The notes: generated from the sequence alone by a model not told the origin. Counted from the first letter of the stretch, positions 1 to 10,200 are shown. The stretch: DNA of 24,000 bases from Candidatus Woesearchaeota archaeon (GCA_018653365.1 JABIAG010000001.1:735591-759590); one strand, 5' to 3'. Translations and numbers: made by a program.

Positions 1-1
1 C

Positions 2-265
2 AGAACATCATTCATAGACTATTCTAAAAAAAGAAAGTCACTAGAAATAAGCACTAATGCCATAAAGAAAGGGGACAAAGTTCTTATTGTAGATGAATGG
101 ATAGAAACCGGAACACAAATGAAAGCAGCAATTCGACTAATTGAAAAATTAGGGGGAACAGTAATTGGCATAAGTGTTCTTTGTTCACATAAAAATGCAA
201 AAACCAAACCTCTTTTTGATAAGTATAATTGTCAGGCAATAAGAAAATCAAGGTTTGGACAGTAA
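2..265 (+). CDS. Type I phosphoribosyltransferase (adenine/purine PRTase-like), C-terminal fragment; 5' end lies outside the window
   Basis: The frame is open from the window edge to TAA at 263-265. My translation ...SLEISTNAIKKGDKVLIVDEWIETGTQMKAAIRLIEKLGGTVIGISVLC... shows the PRPP-binding loop (hydrophobic strand, acidic pair, xTGxT). It is absent from the ORF track because there is no Met in the window. Confidence 0.75.
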   Translation, partial: RTSFIDYSKKRKSLEISTNAIKKGDKVLIVDEWIETGTQMKAAIRLIEKLGGTVIGISVLCSHKNAKTKPLFDKYNCQAIRKSRFGQ

Positions 266-308
266 TTAATAACATTTAAATAATGTGTTTACAAAATATA
301 CTAAAAAG

Positions 309-755
309 ATGGTGAAAAAAAAGAGTGTTAAAAAGAAGAGTAAGAATTCTCGAGATTTAAAGAGTAAAAAAGATTTAAAACATATTATGAGCGGAAAACG
401 AACCTTTGGACAAAAAGTATCTGACAACCTAACAAGAGTGGCAGGAAGTTGGGGATTTATAATATGGTTTTTAGTATTAATAGCAATTTGGATAATAATC
501 AACATAACGTTAATTACAAAAATAACAGGAAGTGCACCCTGGGACCCATACCCATTTATTTTACTAAACCTGGGACTTTCATTGTTAGCTGCAATACAAG
601 CACCAATAATATTAATGAGTCAAAACAGAACAACAGAAAGAGACCGAAGAAAAGCAGAAGCAGACCTGGCTGTTGATAGAAAAGCAGAAAGAGAAATAGA
701 AGCAATACAAAAAGAATTATCAAGTATCAGAAGACTTCTTAAGAACAAGCTTTAA
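309..755 (+). CDS. DUF1003-family membrane protein with a lysine-rich N-terminal tail
   Basis: Two hydrophobic helices (WGFIIWFLVLIAIWIIINITLI and FILLNLGLSLLAAIQAPIIL) are followed by MSQNRxxxRDR and a charged helix, the DUF1003 pattern. The track starts at GTG 285. ATG 309 lies about 27 nt after a TATA-like TTTAAATAA (274-282), so I prefer 309. Confidence 0.7.
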   Translation: MVKKKSVKKKSKNSRDLKSKKDLKHIMSGKRTFGQKVSDNLTRVAGSWGFIIWFLVLIAIWIIINITLITKITGSAPWDPYPFILLNLGLSLLAAIQAPIILMSQNRTTERDRRKAEADLAVDRKAEREIEAIQKELSSIRRLLKNKL

Positions 756-758
756 GAT

Positions 759-1643
759 TTAAAGAACAGTAAGAACTTCACAACCATCTTTAGTAACTAA
801 AACAGTGTGTTCTGCCTGACTAACAATTCCCTTACCAATATCAATCAAAGGAGGATACGATTTTATTATACCTAATTGTTCAAATTGTTTAAGAGCAAGT
901 CTAACCTTTATTTCAGAAAATTCCAACCACCTTTTAGTAAAAGGAAGGCCTTCATAAGAATCAATTTGTTGTAATATTTCCCTACCCATCCTAACGGGTT
1001 TAGAATCAATCTGTGAGAACAGAGTAGCATTACCTGCCTCTTTAATCTTGCCTGCACCAGTAGAAGCAAAAGGTTCAATTGCAAAAACCATTCCCTCCTC
1101 TAATTCAGTATCGTCTTCAGTATCAAAATTAGGAATAGTTGGACTGCAATGAATGTCATTATAATCTAACCCATGTCCCGAAAGGTTAACAACTGGATTG
1201 AACCCTGCAGACTCAATAGTTTTTTGAATAGTTCTACCAATTTCGCCAAGAGTTGTTCCTGGTCGAATAATTCTAATTGCGGCTTCTAAAGCATCTCTTG
1301 ACGCAGTAACTAAAGCAGCATTTTTTTCAGATAAATCAACAGTACAAGCATTATCACCAATAGCACCATTAACAACAACACCAACATCAAGTTTAACCAC
1401 TTGATCAGTTAACTCAATATCATCCTTATCAGGACAAAAATGTGCAGCGGTTGAATTAAGGGAGAGTTGTGTAGGAAATGCAGGTTGTGCATCAAGTGTT
1501 CTAATTTTTTCATCCACCTGATTACAAACATCAAGAACTTTAGCACCCTTAACAATCAACAAACGACCAAACTCAAGAGCTTCAGCAGCAATCTTGCCTG
1601 CTTTACGCCAATCTTCAATGTTCTTAGTATAATGATCAGACAT
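759..1643 (-). CDS. map: Methionine aminopeptidase, type 2 (archaeal/eukaryotic type)
   Basis: 294 aa with the pita-bread fold metal-ligand context: AHFCPD, KLDVGVVVNG, SGHGL, FAIEPFASTG, QAEHTVLVT. Its start overlaps the upstream gene's stop by 8 nt. Confidence 0.93.
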   Translation of the reverse strand: MSDHYTKNIEDWRKAGKIAAEALEFGRLLIVKGAKVLDVCNQVDEKIRTLDAQPAFPTQLSLNSTAAHFCPDKDDIELTDQVVKLDVGVVVNGAIGDNACTVDLSEKNAALVTASRDALEAAIRIIRPGTTLGEIGRTIQKTIESAGFNPVVNLSGHGLDYNDIHCSPTIPNFDTEDDTELEEGMVFAIEPFASTGAGKIKEAGNATLFSQIDSKPVRMGREILQQIDSYEGLPFTKRWLEFSEIKVRLALKQFEQLGIIKSYPPLIDIGKGIVSQAEHTVLVTKDGCEVLTVL

Positions 1644-2280
1644 TTTCAGATGTGATATACCCCTTCAATAATAGCCTGCCTAAAGTAGAAATACGAATGT
1701 CAGTTCTTCCTTTATTTTCTAGGGTATCTACTAACCCCAACTCTTTCAAACCCTCAGATTTTAGATTTCCATTAACATGATAAGAAATCAGGGGCATACT
1801 CATACCCGTACGAGTAGCTAACTCATCCAAAGAGGCACAACAAGACTCATCACCCAAGTGTTTTAAGATCTCCATTTTTTTATCAGTTAATAATTTGTAA
1901 TATGAAAATTTTAGAACGGGTAATAATACAGTTTCTTCGTTTTCTACTGAAATCGCTTTAAGTCCATTAACAAAAGCAGCAGAGGTAACAGCACACTGAG
2001 TCAACCTATTTCCAGTAGCAGTATTAACAATAATCTCTTGATCTTTTTCTAACCGTTTAAGTTCTGCAATCTTCTGAAAAAATGCTTCCCAAATACTACC
2101 CTCAATCTCAATAATCTGAGTAGCTATCTTAAACTTATCCAGGTCAACCTGAGTCTCTTTTGCCTTTTCCAACTGATTCTTTGTGGCCAGCAAAACAACT
2201 CGCGCTGCAGGAAACTCTCTCAAACCAATAAATAAGTTTTCCATATAATCTCCAACCGGAGCAATAATTAAATTCGTCAT
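1636..2280 (-). CDS. Transcriptional regulator: N-terminal CARF/Csa3-like (or HFX_2341/DUF6293-like) Rossmann domain plus C-terminal winged HTH
   Basis: The N-terminus LIIAPVGDYMENLFIGLREFPAARVVLLA...IIVNTATGNRLTQ resembles the Csa3/CARF core (beta strand-VG..., then TGGxR-like loop). The C-terminus EILKHLGDESCCASLDELATRTGMSMPLISYHVNGNLKSEGLKELGLV is ArsR-like wHTH. Family assignment is by eye only. Confidence 0.55.
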   Translation of the reverse strand: MTNLIIAPVGDYMENLFIGLREFPAARVVLLATKNQLEKAKETQVDLDKFKIATQIIEIEGSIWEAFFQKIAELKRLEKDQEIIVNTATGNRLTQCAVTSAAFVNGLKAISVENEETVLLPVLKFSYYKLLTDKKMEILKHLGDESCCASLDELATRTGMSMPLISYHVNGNLKSEGLKELGLVDTLENKGRTDIRISTLGRLLLKGYITSENV

Positions 2281-2358
2281 AATAAGATTAACCTAACCCG
2301 CTTTATAAAAGTTTAGTTAAAATCGAAGAAGACATTAACTTACCGGTCTCATTCTAAA

Positions 2359-2384
2359 TAGTAAGAGATTGAACGCTCTTACTA
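2359..2384. promoter_or_regulatory. Perfect 9-bp inverted repeat (TAGTAAGAG-N8-CTCTTACTA) in a divergent intergenic region; candidate operator
   Basis: Read directly: 2359-2367 is the reverse complement of 2376-2384. It lies about 10 nt upstream of a TATA-like TATTTAAA (2395-2402), which is about 25 nt before ATG 2424. Confidence 0.35.
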
Positions 2385-2423
2385 AAACACAAAGTATTTA
2401 AACCAAAAATCTAAATAACACGT

Positions 2424-3110
2424 ATGATCTGGGTAGCAGCAATAAGTTTAGGAATAATTTTGTTTCTTCTACACTTCTTCAGCGATGCATTATACATTAA
2501 AAAAATAGAAAAAAGAACCCATCTTAAAACATTTGTAGCAGGAATATCATTAACATACATATTTCTACATTTAATACCTCAAGCACTTCCATCAGAAAAT
2601 AATGAACTATTTTTTGCATTTTTCTTAGTAGGATTTGTAATATTCAACATGTTCGAAAGCATGATATACAACATAAGAAGTTCAAAAAAACGACAAAGAG
2701 AACTAAAAGAAGAACACGCAACAGCATTTTTCCTTTACAACTTTTTACTAGGAGTTTCTATTTTATTTTTCTTAAGACAAGACCTATTTATTGGCATAAT
2801 CTTTTTCATTCCGGTTGCACTACATGCCTTAATAAGTGCATCAGCCCTAAGAGAGATGCATACGTTAGTAAAACAGAATCAAGGATATAGAATTTTATTA
2901 TCAATTTCAACACTCCTGGGAATGGCCCTTGCACTGATTTTTGCACTACCTGAAAATGTTTCACGTTCAGTAATTGGATTTGTAGCAGGGAGTTTATTGT
3001 ATATAATCTTTAGAGACCTAATCCCAAAAGTAAATAATTGCAGAATGAATTACTTCTTAAGTGGAATATTTGTAATGCTTGTGCTATTAGCGATTAGCTG
3101 GATATTATAG
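2424..3110 (+). CDS. Polytopic membrane protein, divergent ZIP-like metal transporter (tentative)
   Basis: About 7-8 hydrophobic segments. The C-terminal GFVAGSLLYIIFRDLIPK resembles the ZIP-family terminal motif (AGxFLYVAxxDLLPE). A His-containing helix (VALHALISASAL) and a charged loop lie mid-protein. Confidence 0.45.
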   Translation: MIWVAAISLGIILFLLHFFSDALYIKKIEKRTHLKTFVAGISLTYIFLHLIPQALPSENNELFFAFFLVGFVIFNMFESMIYNIRSSKKRQRELKEEHATAFFLYNFLLGVSILFFLRQDLFIGIIFFIPVALHALISASALREMHTLVKQNQGYRILLSISTLLGMALALIFALPENVSRSVIGFVAGSLLYIIFRDLIPKVNNCRMNYFLSGIFVMLVLLAISWIL

Positions 3111-3138
3111 GAACATATAACTTAGCGCAAAATTAAAA

Positions 3139-4431
3139 CTATAACCCTTTTCTAGATTTATTCAACCTACCAACCCATTTTGAAAAAGTAAACCTAGCCG
3201 AACCATGATTCAGAATCAATGGTCGACTCACAGCTTTTTTATATAAATCGAAAAGTTCAACCAAACTAAGTTTAACTAATTCTTCAATATCTCTTACTGC
3301 TGACGTTGTATTTGAATAATAAACTTCAACAAAAATATGTGCACCAATAACTCTGCCCTGCCAGTGAGCATTTATGGAAACCAGACAATCAAGATAATTA
3401 GAACTTGTCTTTTTAAACTGTTCCACTTGCTTAGCGGTACCACGCACAACAGTATCTGCTGCCCCTTTTAAACCAGACAAAACTTCTGCTGCTTTAGTGA
3501 CTACACTCTCGACCTTTTCTAATTCTTCTAAAGCTTTTGTACGACAAACAGTTCTTACTGCATGTATATCTTCCGTACTTTTGAAAATAGTTTCAAAAAA
3601 CTCTGCAAAACCTTCCCGTAAAATATAATCTTTAAAACCATCTAAATAATCAAAAAGCTTTTGGGATTGTTTTATTAAGTCGACAACCAAAGCTCTTCTC
3701 TCTTCTGCAGCATCATCAACCCCCAGAGAATCAACGGCTAACTTCAATCTGATCACATCATCATTTCGTCTGTCTCGTCTACCAATTTTATCCAGATTAC
3801 GATTCTTAAACTGGTTCTTTTCATGTACTAAGTGACCAATTTCATGAACTAAAGCGTGTCGAATAAACGCTTTTAATTCAATTTCCCCGCCCTCTAAAAG
3901 ATAGAGGAAAACCAAAAGGAAATTAAGAACTATGTATCCGGAAGGCTCTGCTGCAACATAACAACCAGCATTAACTTTTTTTTCTTTTAATTGTTCTCTT
4001 AAAACTGCAACAACATTAGGAAAAAGGTTTCTTTTACTTAAAAAATGAATAAGATAATCTGTTCCTCGTCCTTTGAAAGGTAATGCTAAAACTATTTTGA
4101 TCTCTTTTGCAATAGTGTTGTGTTTAATCTCTTTAATAAGGTCAAAACAAATATTCCAAATCTTTTCTGGCACTTTTCTGGCGTGTTTAATTTCAGTTTC
4201 CTCGTCTAACAATTCAGCCACATCAGAAGAGGTAATTAAAGTAATAAGAGGACCATGAACTTTAAAACCCAACACTCGCTTATAATCTTTTGATATTTGA
4301 GAAGCAAATTCTCCTCCTTCTACTTCAGACCTAGATTTAGAAAAATGTTTCGACCAACCAATACCAAAAGAACGATCTCGCAATCCCTGTAAAGCGCCAA
4401 GTCGATCGGCTTCTAAATCCCGTGCATTCAT
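3139..4431 (-). CDS. Putative zinc metallopeptidase, MA-clan-like (HEXXH plus downstream EGxAE)
   Basis: HALVHEIGHLVHE contains HEIGH, and about 70 aa downstream is LREGFAEFFE, a candidate third-ligand Glu as in Peptidase_MA-like families. No signal peptide or TM segment is evident. The rest of the 430 aa is unrecognised. Confidence 0.5.
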   Translation of the reverse strand: MNARDLEADRLGALQGLRDRSFGIGWSKHFSKSRSEVEGGEFASQISKDYKRVLGFKVHGPLITLITSSDVAELLDEETEIKHARKVPEKIWNICFDLIKEIKHNTIAKEIKIVLALPFKGRGTDYLIHFLSKRNLFPNVVAVLREQLKEKKVNAGCYVAAEPSGYIVLNFLLVFLYLLEGGEIELKAFIRHALVHEIGHLVHEKNQFKNRNLDKIGRRDRRNDDVIRLKLAVDSLGVDDAAEERRALVVDLIKQSQKLFDYLDGFKDYILREGFAEFFETIFKSTEDIHAVRTVCRTKALEELEKVESVVTKAAEVLSGLKGAADTVVRGTAKQVEQFKKTSSNYLDCLVSINAHWQGRVIGAHIFVEVYYSNTTSAVRDIEELVKLSLVELFDLYKKAVSRPLILNHGSARFTFSKWVGRLNKSRKGL

Positions 4432-4565
4432 TTTTAATCTTAATCTTTTTGTGTTTATTAACTTTTTTATTTAAAATTTTATTAATTTTAAGAATCCAAT
4501 TACTGTGCAATTCCATAGTAAAATATATAAACAACTAATCCAACATAATATAAAAGGGGTGAATA

Positions 4566-5000
4566 ATGTTATACTTAGGGGCAGATCATGCAGGCTTTAA
4601 ACTAAAAGAAGCAGTCAAGAAATTCTTAGATAAAAAAGGAATAAAGTATAAAGACCTAGGAGCAAAGGAATTAAATAATCAGGATGATTATGTGGAATAC
4701 GCTTATGAAGTTGGTAAAAAAATAAGAAAAGGGGTTAAAGGGATATTATTCTGCGGAAGCGGCTTTGGTATGTGCATAGCAGCAAATAAAATAAAAAATG
4801 TAAGAGCGGTAAACCTGTATACAGTTCGTGAAGCAGAACTAGCGCGGATGCACAACGATGCAAACATACTATGCTTGTCAGGTTGGATGATCACAAGAAG
4901 ACAGGCCAAAAAAATAATTACAAAATTTCTAAATACGAAATTCAGTAAAGCGAAAAGACATGAACGCAGACTTAAAGAAATAAAAAAACTCAGAAAATGA
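4566..5000 (+). CDS. rpiB: Ribose-5-phosphate isomerase B (RpiB/LacAB family)
   Basis: LGADHAGFKLKE, FCGSGFGMCIAANK and NDANILCL are RpiB hallmarks. A GGGGTGA SD lies just upstream of the ATG. Confidence 0.9.
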   Translation: MLYLGADHAGFKLKEAVKKFLDKKGIKYKDLGAKELNNQDDYVEYAYEVGKKIRKGVKGILFCGSGFGMCIAANKIKNVRAVNLYTVREAELARMHNDANILCLSGWMITRRQAKKIITKFLNTKFSKAKRHERRLKEIKKLRK

Positions 5001-6358
5001 TAAAGATAGAACCCTCAATCCTAGACATTGACGCAAGTAAACTAAACTTTAAAAAGATCGAAAAATATGTAGAAAGAGTACATATCGATGTAGTCCCAAA
5101 AGGCAAGTATACTCCTACAGCAGTTAAGAGAATTAGAACTGAATTAGAAAAAGACGTACACTTAATGATTTTAGATGTTGAAAAAAACATAATTCCTTAC
5201 AAAAACGCAGGAGCGTCAATAATTAATTTCAACGTCATGTCTGAAAACGTAATTGAAAAAATAAAAAAAATAAGAAAAGCAGGAATGAAAGTGGGCCTAG
5301 CAATAAACCCAGAAACCCATGTTAATGTTTTACTTCCATTTATTAAAAAAATAGATGAAGTTTTAGTCATGAGTGTTCATCCCGGTAAGGGAGGACAACG
5401 TTTCATTAACATCAGTTCTAAGATAAAGAAAATAAAACAAATGAATCCTGATGTTTTGATAAAAGTAGATGGAGGAATAAAAGAGAGCACGCTACGTAAA
5501 ATTAAAAATGCAGATGTGGCAATAATTGGAAGTTACATCTTCAATAAGAAAAAACCAATTGAGGTTATCAAAAAATTAAGTTTAAAGCATGTTGCAAACA
5601 ATGTTCGTAAAGACATTATAAAAATGATAAACAAAGCAAGTTCTGGACACCCTGGAGGTGCGCTAGGAATGGCCGATGTGTTTACAACACTATATTTTGA
5701 TGAACTAAAATATGATGTGAATAATGTTAAATGGGATAAGCGCGATTACCTTGTTCTGTCAAATGGACACATCTGTACAGCATTATATTCCTGTTTAGCG
5801 CGAGTAGGATTCTTTTCTCGCTCAGAACTAGAAGGATTTAGAAAAACTGGAAGAATGCTAGAAGGACATCCCTCAGTACACATACCCGGAATTGAAAACG
5901 GATCAGGACCACTAGGAATCGGGTTATCCCAGGCAGCAGGAATGGCACTAGGCTCCAGCAATAGAGTTTTTTGTGTTGTATCCGATGGAGAACAAGATGA
6001 AGGAAACAACTGGGAAGCAGTAATGCTCGCAGCAAAATATAAGTTGGGAAACTTGATTACAATAATGGACAGAAACAAAATCCAACTATCTGGGAATACA
6101 AAAGAGGTAATGGAATTAAAAAATTTAAAGAAAAAATACTTAACATTTGGATGGAATGTTCGTTCAATAAATGGAAACAATCTCAAACAAATAAAAAAAT
6201 CGTTACAATACAAAGGAAAGAAACCATTAATGATAATCGCAAATACTACCCCTGGAAAGGGAGTTAGTTTTATGGAAGGAAAATATGAATGGCATGGCAA
6301 AGCACCAAACGATAAAGAAGCAATGAAAGCACTGGAGGAACTAGATGAAAGCAGGTAG
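4997..6358 (+). CDS. Fusion protein: ribulose-phosphate 3-epimerase (N-terminal ~195 aa) plus transketolase N-terminal (TPP-binding) subunit
   Basis: Rpe motifs: EPSILDxD, HIDV, DVHLM, NPETH, VMSVHPGKGGQRFI, VDGGI, IGSYIF. Then TktN motifs: SGHPGGALGMADV, LSNGHICTALY, EGHP, GPLGIGLSQAAGMA, SDGEQDEGNNWEA. The ATGA start overlaps the rpiB stop. Confidence 0.88.
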   Translation: MIKIEPSILDIDASKLNFKKIEKYVERVHIDVVPKGKYTPTAVKRIRTELEKDVHLMILDVEKNIIPYKNAGASIINFNVMSENVIEKIKKIRKAGMKVGLAINPETHVNVLLPFIKKIDEVLVMSVHPGKGGQRFINISSKIKKIKQMNPDVLIKVDGGIKESTLRKIKNADVAIIGSYIFNKKKPIEVIKKLSLKHVANNVRKDIIKMINKASSGHPGGALGMADVFTTLYFDELKYDVNNVKWDKRDYLVLSNGHICTALYSCLARVGFFSRSELEGFRKTGRMLEGHPSVHIPGIENGSGPLGIGLSQAAGMALGSSNRVFCVVSDGEQDEGNNWEAVMLAAKYKLGNLITIMDRNKIQLSGNTKEVMELKNLKKKYLTFGWNVRSINGNNLKQIKKSLQYKGKKPLMIIANTTPGKGVSFMEGKYEWHGKAPNDKEAMKALEELDESR

Positions 6359-7232
6359 AGACGGATTCGGCGATGCACTACTAGCACTAGGAAAGAATAA
6401 ACAGGTAGTTGCACTAACCGCAGATTTATCACCCTCTGTTCGAATGGACGCATTTAAAAAAAAATATCCTACAAGATTCTTTGATGTAGGCGTGGCAGAA
6501 CAAAACCTAATCGGAGTTGCGTCAGGGCTGTCTCACGTTGGAAAAATACCATTTACATCCAGCTTTGGAGCATTCATGCCAGGAATGTGCTACCAACAAA
6601 TTCGAACCACTGTAGCATATAACAATAATAACGTCAAATTAGTAGCAACTCACTGCGGAATCGACGTTGGAGAGGACGGAGCAATGCACCAAATGCTAGA
6701 AGATATAGCGTTGATGAGAGTCCTTCCCAACATGACTGTTGTGGTTCCCTGCGATTATAATCAAGCATACAAAGCAACACTAGCAATGGCTAAATTAAAA
6801 GGACCTTGCTACATGCGAGTAGGAAGAAGTAAAACAATGGAAATAACTTCCAAACGAACACCATTTAAGATAGGTCGTGCACAAACATTACGCAAAGGGA
6901 AAAAAGCATGCATTATTGCTTCAGGTCCAGTACTGTATGATGCTTTGAAGGCAGCAGATGAAGTCGGCAATGTACGAGTAATTAACTTACACACAATTAA
7001 ACCAATAGATACAAGAACTATTCTAAAAGCTGCAAAAGAATGCAAAAAAATAATAACAATTGAAGACCACCAAATAGCTGGCGGAATGGGATCCGCAGTT
7101 AGCGAATTAGTTTCTGGCAAATGTGAAGTGGTTAGGTTAGGAATTGATGATGAGTTTGGTGAAAGTGGAAATTCTCAAGAATTAATGAAAAAGTTTGGGT
7201 TAACAAAAGAACATATCAAGAAAGCACTATAA
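6345..7232 (+). CDS. Transketolase C-terminal subunit (pyrimidine-binding plus C-terminal domains)
   Basis: FFDVGVAEQNLIGVASGL, QQIRTTVAY, THCGIDVGEDGAMHQMLEDIALMRVLPNM and IEDHQIAGGMGSAV. Overlaps the upstream ORF by 14 nt. Confidence 0.9.
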   Translation: MKAGRDGFGDALLALGKNKQVVALTADLSPSVRMDAFKKKYPTRFFDVGVAEQNLIGVASGLSHVGKIPFTSSFGAFMPGMCYQQIRTTVAYNNNNVKLVATHCGIDVGEDGAMHQMLEDIALMRVLPNMTVVVPCDYNQAYKATLAMAKLKGPCYMRVGRSKTMEITSKRTPFKIGRAQTLRKGKKACIIASGPVLYDALKAADEVGNVRVINLHTIKPIDTRTILKAAKECKKIITIEDHQIAGGMGSAVSELVSGKCEVVRLGIDDEFGESGNSQELMKKFGLTKEHIKKAL

Positions 7233-10200
7233 CTACTTCTTAACAAAACCACTAAAGAAATACTTGCCATCAGGACCTTTCTCAAAAACATGATTGTCTT
7301 GAACAATTCTACTTGGAGAAGACTCCGAAGCAGACTCATTAACCTTGAAATGTAAAGCAGGCTCAAAAAACATGCCTCCTCGATTAACAAATTTAGGATT
7401 TGAAACACTGCCCACATTCTGAATAACAGTAGAAGAAATAATCGACACCATACGTTTACCTTTCTCACTTAACATCTCAGACTCCATTGCTTTAGCCTTA
7501 ATCTTCTTTATTTGATCGCTCTGAGTGGCAGCTTTAAGCTGTTTTAAAATCACTTTTTGATACCTTCGCAAAGTCCTTTGTGTACGTGCATCCTCTCCTT
7601 CTTGAATTGTGTAAAAGAAAACACCAATTAAATTACCCGCTTTATCAAACGCAAACTTGCTTTTGTATGCATAGCCTTTTCCCAAATGTCCTATTGCTGA
7701 TCGTTCAGTGACTTTTGCAATCCATTCAGCAATATTATCTAAGTTCTTACTTGCCTTACGTCCCTTCCAATTATTAACCGAACAACTAAGTAAAACAACA
7801 TTACCATTAGGTTTCATGAAGTTTTTAACCTCTCCAAAAACATCTTCATCAGAACGATCCAAAATTGCTTCATCAACTTCAGGCATTTTCTTAAATGCTG
7901 CAATCGCCTCATCAATCTGCTTATCAGAATGCAAGCCAGGATATTCTAAAGGATGAATTTGTCTCAACTCTTTCCGGAACTTTTTAAGATCTCCCAAAGT
8001 TATTGAAGATGGCGAACCATGACCTGCAAGAAACAAATGAGAAATTTTTCCTCGAAGTTCAGATTCATAGCGTTCAAGCATTTTTAAAATTTGAGAATCC
8101 TTACCAACAGAAAAGAATAAAACATTATGTGATTTATTAAGACTGCTCCAATCCATACCCTCAAAAGCACCCGTGTCATCAGATTCAGCTAAAAAAACAA
8201 CACTAATTGGACGATTATCACTAAATAAAACCCCTGTTTCTTTTTGATGTTCCCGAATTAAAATTTGTGTTTTTAAAACATCCAAAGATAATTTATCCGC
8301 ATTTACTTCCCCCTTTAAAACATCTCTTCGAGAAATATATGCGTTAAACTCTTGAATCTCACTCAATAAGCGATCAGAGTCTACCTTAAGTAAAGCAGTT
8401 TTTCCTCCATACAATTTACTAACCTCTTCACCAACATCAATACCTGAATCAATAGCAGATTCTATCTTCTTCCACTTAGAAGGTTTAACAAACATTGCAG
8501 TCTTAAAAAGTGAATCTGAAACCTTCTTCGCTTCAAAACCCTTGTCAAAAAACAACCGTTTAAGATTTCTAACTATTCCTTTAAATTTAAAATGATGTAT
8601 TTCTTTTCCTGCATTGAATTCATTAAACCGTTTCCAAAAATCAACTGCATCATCTTCGTCCATAAACTTCTGAACCGGAACATAAAAAAGCTTAAAAGAA
8701 CCCCCAATTCCAAGAGAAACAAACTCACTAAAAAAGAATATTGCGTTTGCAGAATTAGCCTTCTTAGCAAGACTTGGAAACCTACGATACAAAAAAGCAA
8801 GTCTCTGAAAAAGACGCAGACTTAAAGGACCAGGAGTAAAATTTTCTTTTTTTAATAAACCCAACTCATTAAGCTTTAAAGCTGCTTTAACAACTGGCTC
8901 ATCCCAGGATTCAAGTGCTTTAGCCTCAGCAAGGGAGTCTCTCTGCTTCTTAACAAAATCAAGGTACCATTTTTCATTCTCATCCGTCTTTTCAGCCTCT
9001 TTTTCCCACCAGTCTTTAACCTCAGCCAACTTATGTTGAAGATTCTCAATGCTAACACTCACAGAACCAATATCCTTCAGATTCTTTGAAGTAAGCATTT
9101 CCAAAGTAACCTGCACTAAAAGTACATAATCAGATTTACTCATTGAACTCTTAAGTTTTGACCACTCAGCTCCTTGTAGAATTGTCTTCTCTGCAAATGC
9201 CACACCATAAGTATGAGACAATTTAAACTTCTCAACATTCCTAGTTACATCCAAGGTTTGATCAACCTCTCTTACAGGAACAGACATTTCTTCTAACTCT
9301 TTAAGAAGTTGTAACAAGTAATCCTTTTTTTTAGAATCCCCTGCTTTAACAACCTTACGCAACTTAGCAATCCTAGCCTTAAAAGCATCAAGCTTATTCC
9401 CTTTGGAAATAGTCTCCAACTCAACCTGCATAGAAGAAATCTGAGAAACAACATCAAAATCAACAGAAGAAGGACGAGCAGTCATAGGACCCAACAAAGA
9501 CGAAGCAACAACACCAGTACGAACCAAATTCTTAATCAAACCATTAGTCGCACCAACCATACGCTCAACAACACCCCACTCCTTCTTAGCAGTACGCCAC
9601 ATTCTACGCTTAATCTTTCTTAACGCAGAATCCTCAACAACCTGCATCTTAGAAAACTTTGCCAACGCAGCATCATCCTGCTTTAAATCTTCAGAAACTA
9701 ATTCATCTTGAGAAGCAAATACCTTCAACAACTTATGCTCAACCTGAAAAACATAATAAATAATTTGTTCACTCACCTCAGCACGAGAAAAAAGAAAACC
9801 CACCAACTTACTAAAATCTTTCTTAAACAAAGACAAACTCTGACGAAGCTCATCAGACTTTTTACCACCAAATTTTCTCAAAATACCAATATGCTTTGCT
9901 AAAACCTCTGAAATAGAACTCACATGACTATCCAACGCCCTCTTTTTACGTTCCCTGCGCTTAATTCGCTTCTCCAACCCCGAAACTGAAAGCAAAGTTA
10001 ATTGTGAAAGAAGACTTCTATTCCTATGACGAACCTTTCTAAAATCCGAAGAAACATCTTCAAGAATTTGTTCAACCTCAAACAAAACCATCTCAAAACC
10101 ATTAGTCAACTCAAGAATCAATAACTGCAAAACTGGACGCAACTCCGCAAAATCAGACCTTTCAGACAACTCCTTAAGCGAAGACAAAAACCCCTTCAAC

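Noticed and set aside
5746-6453. 235-aa minus-strand ORF, and other antisense or alternate-frame ORFs in the track (e.g. 449-676, 4703-4909, 5838-6035, 6809-7120, 7175-7468, 7708-7956, 8573-8825, 9708-9902, 14294-14554, 18538-19074, 19901-20197, 21818-22492)
   Set aside because: All lie inside well-supported genes on the opposite strand or in another frame. Their translations are low-complexity (Leu/Ser/Phe-rich) and typical of shadow ORFs, and they have no motifs or start signals.
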